DNA from: a bacterium
GTDB taxonomy: Bacteria > Zhuqueibacterota > Zhuqueibacteria > Residuimicrobiales > Krinioviventaceae
DNA length: 64,000 nt
Reading direction: 5' to 3'
Assembly (NCBI GenBank): GCA_963693055.1
Contig: OY843751.1
Coordinates: 64,001 to 128,000 of the forward strand
Below the pieces are notes generated by a model. That model ran no database searches, had not been told where the DNA came from, and was given only the letters and a program-made list of their open reading frames with translations. Both the position numbers and the translations under genes were made by a program. Below are positions 17,652 through 26,984 of this stretch, in pieces (within the stretch, counting starts at the first letter, position 1; every line of letters starts with the position of its first letter).

Positions 17652-19820
17652 TTATAATCTTCCCCGTAAGCCCAGGGTAAAGGCGCGCATGGGCATGAGG
17701 TTGCTTTCGCGTGGGGCATAGTTGTAATTCATCATATTGGTCACACCAAGCTGAAAAGTCAGCATTCTCCAGTCCACATCAATACGCGCGTCTACAAAAT
17801 GCATGGGTACACGTTCGTTAATGGGATAGATTTTGACTTCGGCAATCTCGCTGGCATAGCGGTAATCCAGTTGAAAATTGTACCTACCGGATCGGAGTGT
17901 GGTTTTGGCTGTGGCCAGCCAGTCCGGACGATAGGTGAGGGGCTCGTCATATTTGAGGTTCCGATGGTGCATATAGGTGACACTACCCTCGATGCCGGGG
18001 GTCATGCGGATGCCGAACAGTCGCACCGGAGTGCTGAATTTGGTCAGGAATTCCACGCCTTGAATGCGCGCACGTGGTATATTGCGGAACTGGATTTGTC
18101 CACGGATCAGGTCCAGATGCGCTTCAATCAGCTCCCAATAATCGTTGCGGAACAGGGATATGTCAAAATTCCAATCCTTGTTGATATACTGTCGCCATCC
18201 CAGATCATAGGCCCAGGAGCTTTCGGATTTGAGCTCGGGATTAGCTTTGATTTTGAAATTCATGACGGTCATTTCCAGGAAACGCTCGGTAATGGTTGCG
18301 GCCCGGAAACCGCTGCCCACAGACAGACGAAAGCTGGTGGGTTCCCATGGCTGCCAGTTGACACCAAAACGGGGACTAATCAAATCTTCCTTATCACCAC
18401 CAACGAGTTTATAACGATCGTAACGGAATCCTGTGGTGAGGCGCAGGTTTTCGCGTACTTTCCATTCGTCCTGAATATAGGGCCCGACAAAGTAACCGCT
18501 GTGCTTTCCAAAGTATTTGGTGCTGCCGGAATCGTCCTGGTACTGGGTTCCGACAGTGACCACATGGCCGAAAACCGGAATCCAGTTGGCCTGGATCTCG
18601 CCACCCTGCCCAATTGCAGGATCAAATTCCGCATCTTTGCCGAACTGGTTGCCAAGCAAAGAACGGTTCATGGATGCACGCATATCGATTGAAAATCGCG
18701 CGTTGAACGGCACCGAGAGTTTGGTATACAAGCTGAGTTGGTTAACCTCTGATCGATTGTCGAGATTGGACGGGTCGACCTGGTATGGATCGTTGGGGCC
18801 TTTCCACTGTACAAAAAAGCCCTTGTTGATTTTGCTGTATGCAGCGTAACCGGTCCATTTGATACCGTTTTTAAAACGGTAATCCACTTTACTGGTCAGA
18901 TTTTGTTTACGGAAATCACCCAGTTCGGTATAACCGGTAGACATGAAACGCCCTGCAGAAACGCGCACACCCAATTGTCCATAACGCTTGCTATAGCTGA
19001 CGTCTTCGCGGGTATAGTGCAATCGATTGGGATCGGTCCATTCCCACTCGCTGTACGCAGGCTTGTCGTATTTACCGGCAGAATACGAAAAGAGTAGTGC
19101 TCCTTCCGGGGACGGATCTTTGGTGATAATGTTTACCACACCGCCCAATGCAGAAGAACCCCAAAGGGTAGAACCCGCACCTTTGAGCACTTCAATCTGT
19201 TCAATGTCAAGCGGCGGCAGCATATCCCAGTTGAACGCGCCGGTATCGCTTGCGTAAACAGGTACGCCATCCAGTAACAGCAGGGTCTTGTTGCCCGCTC
19301 CGAATGTGAATCCCGTAGAACCACGTATATTGATCTGGTCACCAATAAAGTTAATGCCGGGGGCGGTTTCCAACGCTTCGATGATGCTGGTGGGATTACG
19401 GCGTTCAATCTCCTTGGACGAGACCACGGACATGGATACGCTGGCCTGGTCCAGTCGCATTTCGGTTTTACCGGCCAGCACCACAATGGGGTCGAATTCA
19501 AGTGTGGTCTGCTCGAGAATAAAATTTACATTGACTGTACGATTGGCCTGCACGGTGACTTTTTGATGGGAATCCGTACGGTAACCAATCATGGATGCCC
19601 GCAGCTTGTAGGTACCCGGCGGCAGGTTCGCGATGGTAAAGTTGCCGTCCATATCCGTACTGGCACCGCGTACAGTTCCGTCTACAATTACATTAACGGC
19701 TTGTAAAACATCGCCGGTTTCCTCGTCCTTGACTGTACCGGTGATTGTGCCGGTAATCGCCGCAAAGGAGATGTTGGATGCAAATAAAAGAATTGCTATA
19801 TATACTAATCTTTTCATCAT
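17652..19820 (-). CDS. TonB-dependent receptor with N-terminal CarboxypepD_reg-like domain
   Basis: GTITGTVKD..GASTDMDGNF, plug (INIRGS, LLLLDGVP, IEQIEVLKGAGSTLWGSSALGGVVNIITK), NPELKSE. Confidence 0.92.
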   Translation of the reverse strand: MMKRLVYIAILLFASNISFAAITGTITGTVKDEETGDVLQAVNVIVDGTVRGASTDMDGNFTIANLPPGTYKLRASMIGYRTDSHQKVTVQANRTVNVNFILEQTTLEFDPIVVLAGKTEMRLDQASVSMSVVSSKEIERRNPTSIIEALETAPGINFIGDQINIRGSTGFTFGAGNKTLLLLDGVPVYASDTGAFNWDMLPPLDIEQIEVLKGAGSTLWGSSALGGVVNIITKDPSPEGALLFSYSAGKYDKPAYSEWEWTDPNRLHYTREDVSYSKRYGQLGVRVSAGRFMSTGYTELGDFRKQNLTSKVDYRFKNGIKWTGYAAYSKINKGFFVQWKGPNDPYQVDPSNLDNRSEVNQLSLYTKLSVPFNARFSIDMRASMNRSLLGNQFGKDAEFDPAIGQGGEIQANWIPVFGHVVTVGTQYQDDSGSTKYFGKHSGYFVGPYIQDEWKVRENLRLTTGFRYDRYKLVGGDKEDLISPRFGVNWQPWEPTSFRLSVGSGFRAATITERFLEMTVMNFKIKANPELKSESSWAYDLGWRQYINKDWNFDISLFRNDYWELIEAHLDLIRGQIQFRNIPRARIQGVEFLTKFSTPVRLFGIRMTPGIEGSVTYMHHRNLKYDEPLTYRPDWLATAKTTLRSGRYNFQLDYRYASEIAEVKIYPINERVPMHFVDARIDVDWRMLTFQLGVTNMMNYNYAPRESNLMPMRAFTLGLRGRL

Positions 19821-19833
19821 TGGATTTCCGTGC

Positions 19834-20637
19834 TTAATCATTGATATTGTCCCAGTCGGCGTGGATGTCAATATCTGTAGCTGTCTGGTCTTGTCGTAAA
19901 CGGAGTGTGCCAGGTGATGTCGAGTCTACCGGATCAACATAATAGCCAACGGTTTTGAAATCATCCAGACCTGAGCGATCAGAGAGCCAGAGTACTACCA
20001 CATATTTAATAATTGCAGGACCTTTGATTGGCAGTTTGTAGTGAAAAGGATTTTCGTCTACACTGAAATCCATGGATTTCAGATAGATGAGATGTTCAAG
20101 ATCGTTTGTCGGTCTCTGCGAATAAGCTGCAACTGCAGTGAGCAGGGTTGAATCCGGAAACGCACGGTCAAAATAGATTGTACCTTCTATGCTGGCATCT
20201 CTGTCGACCCGTTCCAGATTGGCCCACAGATCTGTCTGATGTACCGGTGCATTTTCTGTGATGTCAAACTCGTAGGGCAGCAGCTCATTGTTGAACTTTA
20301 ATGTGAAAAGATCGGCAAGGTTGGAGACGGTGTTTTTATTATACCACCACAGTCCAATTGCCTGATAATGTCCATAAGGTAATTCCATAGACGTGATAAC
20401 CGTATCCTCACCCAATGGCAGACTGTTGGGACTGAGAAACATTTCATTAATAGCGTGGGGAGGAAATTGGGGCGCTACAAATAAATAAACACCCTCTGTA
20501 TTTTCGGGTATATCCTCAGTGGAAAAATAAATATTCAAGTCCAACCTGCCGGGCAGGGGTTCAATGCCATGATTGTCACCGCACGACAAAAATATGGATG
20601 ATATGAATAAAGTTAATAAAAGATAAACGTATTTCAT
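19834..20637 (-). CDS. Lipoprotein with two tandem copies of the domain in 26304-26774
   Basis: Lipobox FLSC; FPP motif; ends GYY.DP...TATDIDIHADW. Confidence 0.75.
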   Translation of the reverse strand: MKYVYLLLTLFISSIFLSCGDNHGIEPLPGRLDLNIYFSTEDIPENTEGVYLFVAPQFPPHAINEMFLSPNSLPLGEDTVITSMELPYGHYQAIGLWWYNKNTVSNLADLFTLKFNNELLPYEFDITENAPVHQTDLWANLERVDRDASIEGTIYFDRAFPDSTLLTAVAAYSQRPTNDLEHLIYLKSMDFSVDENPFHYKLPIKGPAIIKYVVVLWLSDRSGLDDFKTVGYYVDPVDSTSPGTLRLRQDQTATDIDIHADWDNIND

Positions 20638-20668
20638 GTTCTTTCCTGATCCGTTTTGGATGTTTGGT

Positions 20669-22393
20669 TTAACGTACCATTATCAATTTTCGGGTTGAAA
20701 CGAAATTTTCTGTTGTTAACTTGTAAAAATATACACCCGTGGGTACAATGTCTCCGTTCATATTGGTACCGTTCCAGTACACATTGTGCTTCCCTTTTGA
20801 CAAATAGCTGTTAGCAAGCGTTGTGACCAATTGTCCCTGTGTATTGAATATTTCAAGCTTGGCATGTCCGTTTGCAGCCAGATTATATGTGATCCGTGTT
20901 GAGTGATTAAACGGATTGGGATAATTTTGAAATAGCTGATGGGTTGATATATGTTTAGAGTAATTGCTTTCTTTGACAGATACTTTGATTGAGCTTTTTA
21001 CTGCCAAGGTATCCAAAACATTATGATATAAAATATCGCCTTCAGACTGTGTCATGTTTGTTTGAGGAAGGAAAAATGCGGTATAGCCGAGATACAATGA
21101 TATCGTATCACCTATCATTGATTTAAAATTGACGCCAAAATCTCCATAGGATTTGTTGTCACCGGTATCCGGAATCGGGTCCTGACCTTGCGGGCCATCA
21201 GAGTTGTCATAATAGTAAAGGTGTGCTTCATCCCAATCTTTTTCTTCGTATTTTCCACAAATAAATACAGTACCCCAAGTTCCGGTCAACATACCCCATG
21301 TTGTTAAAGGGAGTTGGGGATTCCCAGGCATGTCAAGCGCATTGTTTACAATGTCCGGTTGTCCGTCAACCAGAATTTCATTATTATGAGGATTGACGAA
21401 TTTCATGCCTGTAACATTTTCATTAAAATCCCAGGAAAAACGCAGGCTGTCCGGATAAAAAGCAGCATCTGAAAAGGGAAAGAGTTCGCCAAAATCTTTT
21501 TTGTCCAGTTTTGCGCCACCCCAGATTGATGCACTGTACGGCGTCATTTTGGTTTTGACCCAGAAATAAAATTCATCAAAAATCAAGTTGTTGATTTGCA
21601 AGGTGTGTTTGGTTTGACGGATAACCCTGACCCGAGGATTTTTTGTATAATAGAATTCAGGGGCCGTATACAAGTATTGCTCGGTAGCATTAATGGGAAA
21701 GAATCCAATGCTTGCATCCAGTCTGCCATAAAAGCGTAATTTTAGAATATCAAACAAATCCGTACTGCTTTCAATACCATTTTTGTGAATAAAAATATCA
21801 TCCACCACACCATTGGGGCTGAATCCCAAAGTATATTTTGATGTTTTAACAGCGTCAGATTCGGTTAGATATTCCATATTGTATGGTGAGGGGATATCAT
21901 TTTGATCAAGTGTATTAGATCTGTATAAATACAAGTAGGCAAGTTGGTCTGTATTTACCGGATTATAAACTTTTACTTCTAACCTTTTATTGTTTTTAGA
22001 ATCCGGGTCATCTATCCAGGAACTGTCGGGGGCCTGATCTCCGAGATCGTTGACCATAAAAACCAGTTCGTCGTGATCATCAAATATTTTGTTATGGTCT
22101 AAAATTCCCGCATCATGCAATTCCGGGTAAATAAAATATGTCCATCGATCCAAACCATTTATGGGATCAGCTGCCCAGGTTTGTTCGTCAATTTGAAATG
22201 GCACCAAGGTCCATGTGTCATTTTCAGCATTATATGAATAAGCATAAATTTCATTTATTGGAGTCTCTAACAGATCTGGAAAATAGTATGCATGATAAGC
22301 AACTGTTGAATACTGAAAATCCTCTTGCAGAGTCCCTGCGTATAAACCTGCTGTTAATAGCATATATAGGGTTATGTAGAATATGTTTTTCAT
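20669..22393 (-). CDS. Secreted protein with T9SS type A/FlgD-Ig C-terminal domain
   Basis: Signal peptide; C-terminal LFQNYPNPFN..IFNTQGQLV..WNG..GVYFYKL..RKLIMVR. Confidence 0.85.
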   Translation of the reverse strand: MKNIFYITLYMLLTAGLYAGTLQEDFQYSTVAYHAYYFPDLLETPINEIYAYSYNAENDTWTLVPFQIDEQTWAADPINGLDRWTYFIYPELHDAGILDHNKIFDDHDELVFMVNDLGDQAPDSSWIDDPDSKNNKRLEVKVYNPVNTDQLAYLYLYRSNTLDQNDIPSPYNMEYLTESDAVKTSKYTLGFSPNGVVDDIFIHKNGIESSTDLFDILKLRFYGRLDASIGFFPINATEQYLYTAPEFYYTKNPRVRVIRQTKHTLQINNLIFDEFYFWVKTKMTPYSASIWGGAKLDKKDFGELFPFSDAAFYPDSLRFSWDFNENVTGMKFVNPHNNEILVDGQPDIVNNALDMPGNPQLPLTTWGMLTGTWGTVFICGKYEEKDWDEAHLYYYDNSDGPQGQDPIPDTGDNKSYGDFGVNFKSMIGDTISLYLGYTAFFLPQTNMTQSEGDILYHNVLDTLAVKSSIKVSVKESNYSKHISTHQLFQNYPNPFNHSTRITYNLAANGHAKLEIFNTQGQLVTTLANSYLSKGKHNVYWNGTNMNGDIVPTGVYFYKLTTENFVSTRKLIMVR

Positions 22394-22462
22394 GATAGGT
22401 CCTTTTGATTATTTAACAATTCTAAACAATCGAAGCAAGTTATATGTTCCTGGCGATACTAT

Positions 22463-24148
22463 TTAATTCATGATCAGCAGTTTGCCTGACAACTGTTGAT
22501 TGGTACCGGTTACGCGGTAAAAATAGATACCCTGACTGACCGGCTGTCCGTTTAGACCCTTACCATCCCAGGAAAGTGCCTGAGAGGATTCGGGAATGAG
22601 GCTGATATTGTTGAATTGCATGACCTTTTGCCCCAGTATATTGTATATACTCAATTGAACATTCTTTTGCAAGTTAATATTCTGAAAAGAAAAGGTAACA
22701 TTTCCATTGCCAACTTGATATGGATTCGGGTATGCCGCATTGAGCTCAAAATCCAATGGTTGTATTGTGTTGTCAGCGATATTTGTGGATACATATTCCT
22801 GTTCTGCTACAGATAAGGTGAGTGGATTCAGGTGCTGTTCTGTAAGCAGATCACCCAGTTCTGCGGCATGCTGGCGCATATCCTGATTGATAAAATAGAG
22901 CGAATAGCGAAAAAAGACCTGGCTGATTTTAAGGCCGTCGCTGGTTGTCTTGCTCCACATTCCCATATCTCCATAGGATTTCTGGTCGCCGGTATCGTCT
23001 GATCCGTCTTTGGAGCCGCCGTTTTTGTCGTCATAGTAAAACAGGGTGGTGTTGCCGCGTTCCACCTCGGGCATTTGCAGCATTAAAATGACCGTACCCT
23101 TTTCGCCGGTTGCCATCATCCAGTTTAACGCAAAAGGTTCGTCTACAATTGCTTCGGGAGTATCCGGTTCACCATCAATGGCAAATCCATTACGGTTTTT
23201 GTTGCTGTAATAGGTCATGCGAGAGGCATTGGGAGACATGTCCAGTGACAAACGTATAAAATTAACACGAACCTGGCCCAGAAACGCACCGCCAATGTTC
23301 AGATCTACCTCTCCCTGGATCGAATAGGGGAAATATTGCAGTTTGGGGTCCAAATCCAGATCAAGACTCAGAACGGACAGATCCACCTTGAACTTGTCGC
23401 GAATATCTCTGAACAACCGGACCTCTCCCGGAAACGCGGATACCGGAGAGCCCTCGGCGGTATCGGTTTTGGGCGTAATGCTGTTCTCGTTGATCTTGAT
23501 GTCTGTGGGTATTAACGTAGAGGTTGCATCAAAACGCATTTTCAGGCGGTCAAGCAGGTCAAGATCGGAATTGTTGTCAAAAGTCAGATAATTGAAAAAA
23601 CCATTGTTTTGATGTGCCAGTTTGTAATAACGGCTGAAAACCGTGTCTGCTGCTGAAACAGAAGGATTTGGCGGGGGAGTGTAATCAAAATAGCCGTTAT
23701 GCAATGCTATTTCAACTACATTTTTGTAAAGATATACCCATCCCTGTTTTGAAGCGTCAAGGGGATCGGTAAATTCCAGTTCCAGGCGTGTATCTGTTTC
23801 AGGATCTGCGTCAACAAGCCATTCTGAAGCAGGGGCTTTATCGCCCAGATCACCCGGCATGAACACCAATTCGTCTTCTGCTCCGATGATGGGATTGATA
23901 GAGGCTACAGTGTGTTCGTAACCGCCATTTGATTTGATGTCGTCGATCTGAAAGGGTACGCTTTTCCACGAGCTAGTGGATTGGTCATAAACCCAGGCGC
24001 TCCAAACCGCACGTTCGCTGCCGGCAATGGGTGCCTCCAGATCGCTAAGGACGATAGGTGTATACTGGCGATCAAGTGTTTTTGTTTGTGAAAAGGCTGT
24101 TCCCAAAAACAAAAAAACAGAAAATAGTATTAATATCATTCGTTTCAT
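22463..24148 (-). CDS. Secreted protein with T9SS type A/FlgD-Ig C-terminal domain (paralog of 20669-22393)
   Basis: Signal peptide; AYPNPY..IYNILGQKV..WDG..GIYFYRV; shared VPFQID, DELVFM, DTGD.KSYGD motifs. Confidence 0.85.
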   Translation of the reverse strand: MKRMILILFSVFLFLGTAFSQTKTLDRQYTPIVLSDLEAPIAGSERAVWSAWVYDQSTSSWKSVPFQIDDIKSNGGYEHTVASINPIIGAEDELVFMPGDLGDKAPASEWLVDADPETDTRLELEFTDPLDASKQGWVYLYKNVVEIALHNGYFDYTPPPNPSVSAADTVFSRYYKLAHQNNGFFNYLTFDNNSDLDLLDRLKMRFDATSTLIPTDIKINENSITPKTDTAEGSPVSAFPGEVRLFRDIRDKFKVDLSVLSLDLDLDPKLQYFPYSIQGEVDLNIGGAFLGQVRVNFIRLSLDMSPNASRMTYYSNKNRNGFAIDGEPDTPEAIVDEPFALNWMMATGEKGTVILMLQMPEVERGNTTLFYYDDKNGGSKDGSDDTGDQKSYGDMGMWSKTTSDGLKISQVFFRYSLYFINQDMRQHAAELGDLLTEQHLNPLTLSVAEQEYVSTNIADNTIQPLDFELNAAYPNPYQVGNGNVTFSFQNINLQKNVQLSIYNILGQKVMQFNNISLIPESSQALSWDGKGLNGQPVSQGIYFYRVTGTNQQLSGKLLIMN

Positions 24149-24158
24149 ATCAGACTCC

Positions 24159-26303
24159 TTAAAAGTCTCCGCTTACCGAGAACATGAAATTACGGATCTC
24201 TCCCAGCACACGTTCGGAAACCGTATAGTTGTAATTTAATGCGTTCTTTATCTGTATTTGAAATGTCAATGCATTCCAGCGGTAATTCAATCGAATGTCC
24301 CAGATTTTTGTAGGTACTTTTTCATCAAGGGGATACACGGCCACTTTTTTGATTTCACTCATGTAGCGGTAATCTGCTTCAAGCGCAAAGGGACCGTAAT
24401 AGAGGCCCGGTGAAATATATCCTAAAAATTTTGCACGATAAATCAGTGGCTCGTCTGTTTCAAGATCTTTGGGGTCCATATAGGTGGCAGAAGCCTGCAA
24501 TTTTATATGGTCTTGCCACAGGTCCCAGCGCATTTCAGCTTCTACGCCCGTAATTCTGGCCCGGGGATAGTTGAGAAATTGTGCAGTCAAGTCAGATTTT
24601 AATGTAGGTTCTATGAGATGTTTGTATGTGCTATTGAAAAAAGTAACTTCTGCATAGGCTTTTTTACCAATATTTTGCCGTACACCTATATCAAACAGTT
24701 TTGACCTTTCCGGCATCAAATCCGGATTCGGCAGCGCTTTAAAATCGCTTGATCCCGCAGAGATAAATCGCTCAACAACCGTTGCGGCACGGAATCCCAT
24801 GCCCCATGAAGCATGTAGAACCGTTCCCAGCAGAGGTTGATAGCTTGCACCGATCTTGGGAGATGCTTGCCATTCGGTTGAATCTCCAACCAGCGTATAG
24901 GTATCCAATCGCACTCCGGTATTGATCTGCAGCAGGTTGGTGATCTGCCAGATTTCCTGCAAATATGGTGAAATGCCATTGGCGTAGCGTTGGCCGTAAT
25001 ATTGGGATTCTACCTCATCATATTTGTAATCCACACCCATGGACAAGCTATGGTCCGGATGGGGCTTCCAGTTGACTTGAGCTTCACCGCTTAATCCCAG
25101 CGCCGGCGTAAAAGCACTGGTTATATTAAAGGGTACACCTACAAGCTGCTGATTATAAGATAACCGGGCTTTGGTGGATAGTGTGGGGGAGAATAGTTTG
25201 TTAAATACCGCATAGCCAACAAAGCCGTCAATGGTGTATCGGTTGCCCAACTCGGTTGGCGGGACCTTGAGTGCCTGGTCCTGTTCCAGCCATTGTAGAA
25301 ACAGTTCGCGATCATCAATACTGTAAGTGGAGAACAGGGTTAATGTGGATTGCCCCGGAAGCTGGATATGGGACTTGCCGGTAAAGTACCAGCGTTCAAA
25401 AAATCCATTTTGCCTGTCACCGGTGGATTTGTGATGAGAAACCGCCAGGCGCAGTCCAACCGGGCCATAGCTGTCTGACAAGCTGACATCCGTTCTCTGG
25501 TAATACAGGGACTCGTTGGTCCATTTCCATTCGGGAACAGATGGCTCGTCATAAATACCGGCGCTTTGCCGGAAGGATACACTCAGGTCGTTAGACGGCA
25601 TCTTTGTGAAAATATTGATCACACCGCTAAGCGCACCTGATCCGTATAAGGAAGATGCCGCACCTTTGAGTACTTCCATGTGCTCAATTTCTGTAACGGG
25701 CAGAATGTTCCAGTTGGCCGTACCCAGATCACTGGTTAAGATGGGCACGCCATCTAATAGCACCAGTGAACGGCTGCCGCCTAAACGATTGTAACCAGAA
25801 CCACCCCGAATATTTACGTTTTCACCGACAATAGTTACTCCCGGAACACTGAGCAAGGCATCATCGATACGAAATGCGTTGCGCCGTTTAATATCCCGCT
25901 GCCCCAGAATATTGATGCTGGAAGCCGCCGAGGCAAGTGTTTCCGGCTGTCTTGAGCCGGTAACCACAATCTGTTCGGTCTGTAGTGTGGTGGGTGCCAG
26001 AATAAAATCATGTATTACCGTCTGGTTGGCACGTACTGTGATGTTTGCTGTTTGTGTGCCATAGCCCATGAAACTGGCTTTGATAGTGTACGACCCGGGT
26101 TGAATACGAATTGTGTAATTGCCTTTTTCGTCCGTTCCGGAACCAATAAAGGTGTTTTCGATAAACACATTGGCTCCTGGTAGAAAACCTTTTGTATCAA
26201 CCGCACGCAAGGTTCCTTTGATAGTACCGGTAACAGCTGCAGACAGGCTGCAGGTGGTTATAGTAATGATTGTTAGTGCAATATAAATTTTGTTCCGCAT
26301 CAT
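24159..26303 (-). CDS. TonB-dependent receptor with N-terminal CarboxypepD_reg-like domain
   Basis: IVVTGSR, VNIRGGSG, LLDGVP, EVLKGAASSLYGSGALSGVINIFTK, C-terminal Phe. Confidence 0.92.
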   Translation of the reverse strand: MMRNKIYIALTIITITTCSLSAAVTGTIKGTLRAVDTKGFLPGANVFIENTFIGSGTDEKGNYTIRIQPGSYTIKASFMGYGTQTANITVRANQTVIHDFILAPTTLQTEQIVVTGSRQPETLASAASSINILGQRDIKRRNAFRIDDALLSVPGVTIVGENVNIRGGSGYNRLGGSRSLVLLDGVPILTSDLGTANWNILPVTEIEHMEVLKGAASSLYGSGALSGVINIFTKMPSNDLSVSFRQSAGIYDEPSVPEWKWTNESLYYQRTDVSLSDSYGPVGLRLAVSHHKSTGDRQNGFFERWYFTGKSHIQLPGQSTLTLFSTYSIDDRELFLQWLEQDQALKVPPTELGNRYTIDGFVGYAVFNKLFSPTLSTKARLSYNQQLVGVPFNITSAFTPALGLSGEAQVNWKPHPDHSLSMGVDYKYDEVESQYYGQRYANGISPYLQEIWQITNLLQINTGVRLDTYTLVGDSTEWQASPKIGASYQPLLGTVLHASWGMGFRAATVVERFISAGSSDFKALPNPDLMPERSKLFDIGVRQNIGKKAYAEVTFFNSTYKHLIEPTLKSDLTAQFLNYPRARITGVEAEMRWDLWQDHIKLQASATYMDPKDLETDEPLIYRAKFLGYISPGLYYGPFALEADYRYMSEIKKVAVYPLDEKVPTKIWDIRLNYRWNALTFQIQIKNALNYNYTVSERVLGEIRNFMFSVSGDF

Positions 26304-26774
26304 TTACTCCTCATCCGGTAAAAGTGACCAGTCGCAAATAATGTCGATTCCCGTGGCAACGGGATGGTGTTTGGACAGGGTGATAGTCGTTTCCTTACTT
26401 TCCCAGGTAACGGGATCAAAACCATAATATCCCAGCCATTTTAAATAATCCCATTCTTTACCCTTGACCTTGTACACGGCAACAATCAAGTGGTAGGTGC
26501 CAAGAGGAGCAGGAATATAATAATCCGGTTCGGTTTTGCTCAAATTGACCGAACGATTGGTGAAAACCACATCGCCCAGGGATTCGGGCGGAAAGTTCAC
26601 CACACCCACAATACGTACAGATTCTACATAATCCGGTTTTTGGTCGGGATTCAACAGGATGATTTTACCCGAGATGCGGGAATCCATTGTGCCCAATCCT
26701 TGATCGATTTCGCACGATAGCCAGAGCAAGGGTGATAAAAGTAAAAATAATCGGAATATTGTCAAAAGACGCAT
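26304..26774 (-). CDS. Lipoprotein, hypothetical
   Basis: Lipobox WLSC; ISGKI, NFPP, LGYY.FDP, VATGIDIICDW. Confidence 0.75.
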   Translation of the reverse strand: MRLLTIFRLFLLLSPLLWLSCEIDQGLGTMDSRISGKIILLNPDQKPDYVESVRIVGVVNFPPESLGDVVFTNRSVNLSKTEPDYYIPAPLGTYHLIVAVYKVKGKEWDYLKWLGYYGFDPVTWESKETTITLSKHHPVATGIDIICDWSLLPDEE

Positions 26775-26956
26775 ATAAATCCTGTTTTATGAGTATTGAA
26801 CTGCTCATTTAACGAATTTTTGGAAAAACAAATTCCGATCTGGATCACAAAATGGTTAATTTTATAATAAATAAAAGATTTTATTTATTTAAGCAAAGAT
26901 ACTGTAAATATTGGGGAAAAGGGTTGTTAGGAGGTCAATGTATTGAAAGAGTGAGA

Positions 26957-26983
26957 AAATCCGGGTGAATTTCACCCGGATTT
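26957..26983 (-). terminator. Intrinsic terminator of the MinD-like gene
   Basis: AAATCCGGGTGAA-T-TTCACCCGGATTT immediately after the stop codon. Confidence 0.75.
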
Positions 26984-26984
26984 A

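Noticed and set aside
17799-18692. 297-aa + strand ORF
   Set aside because: Antisense shadow of the TonB-dependent receptor; no recognisable motifs
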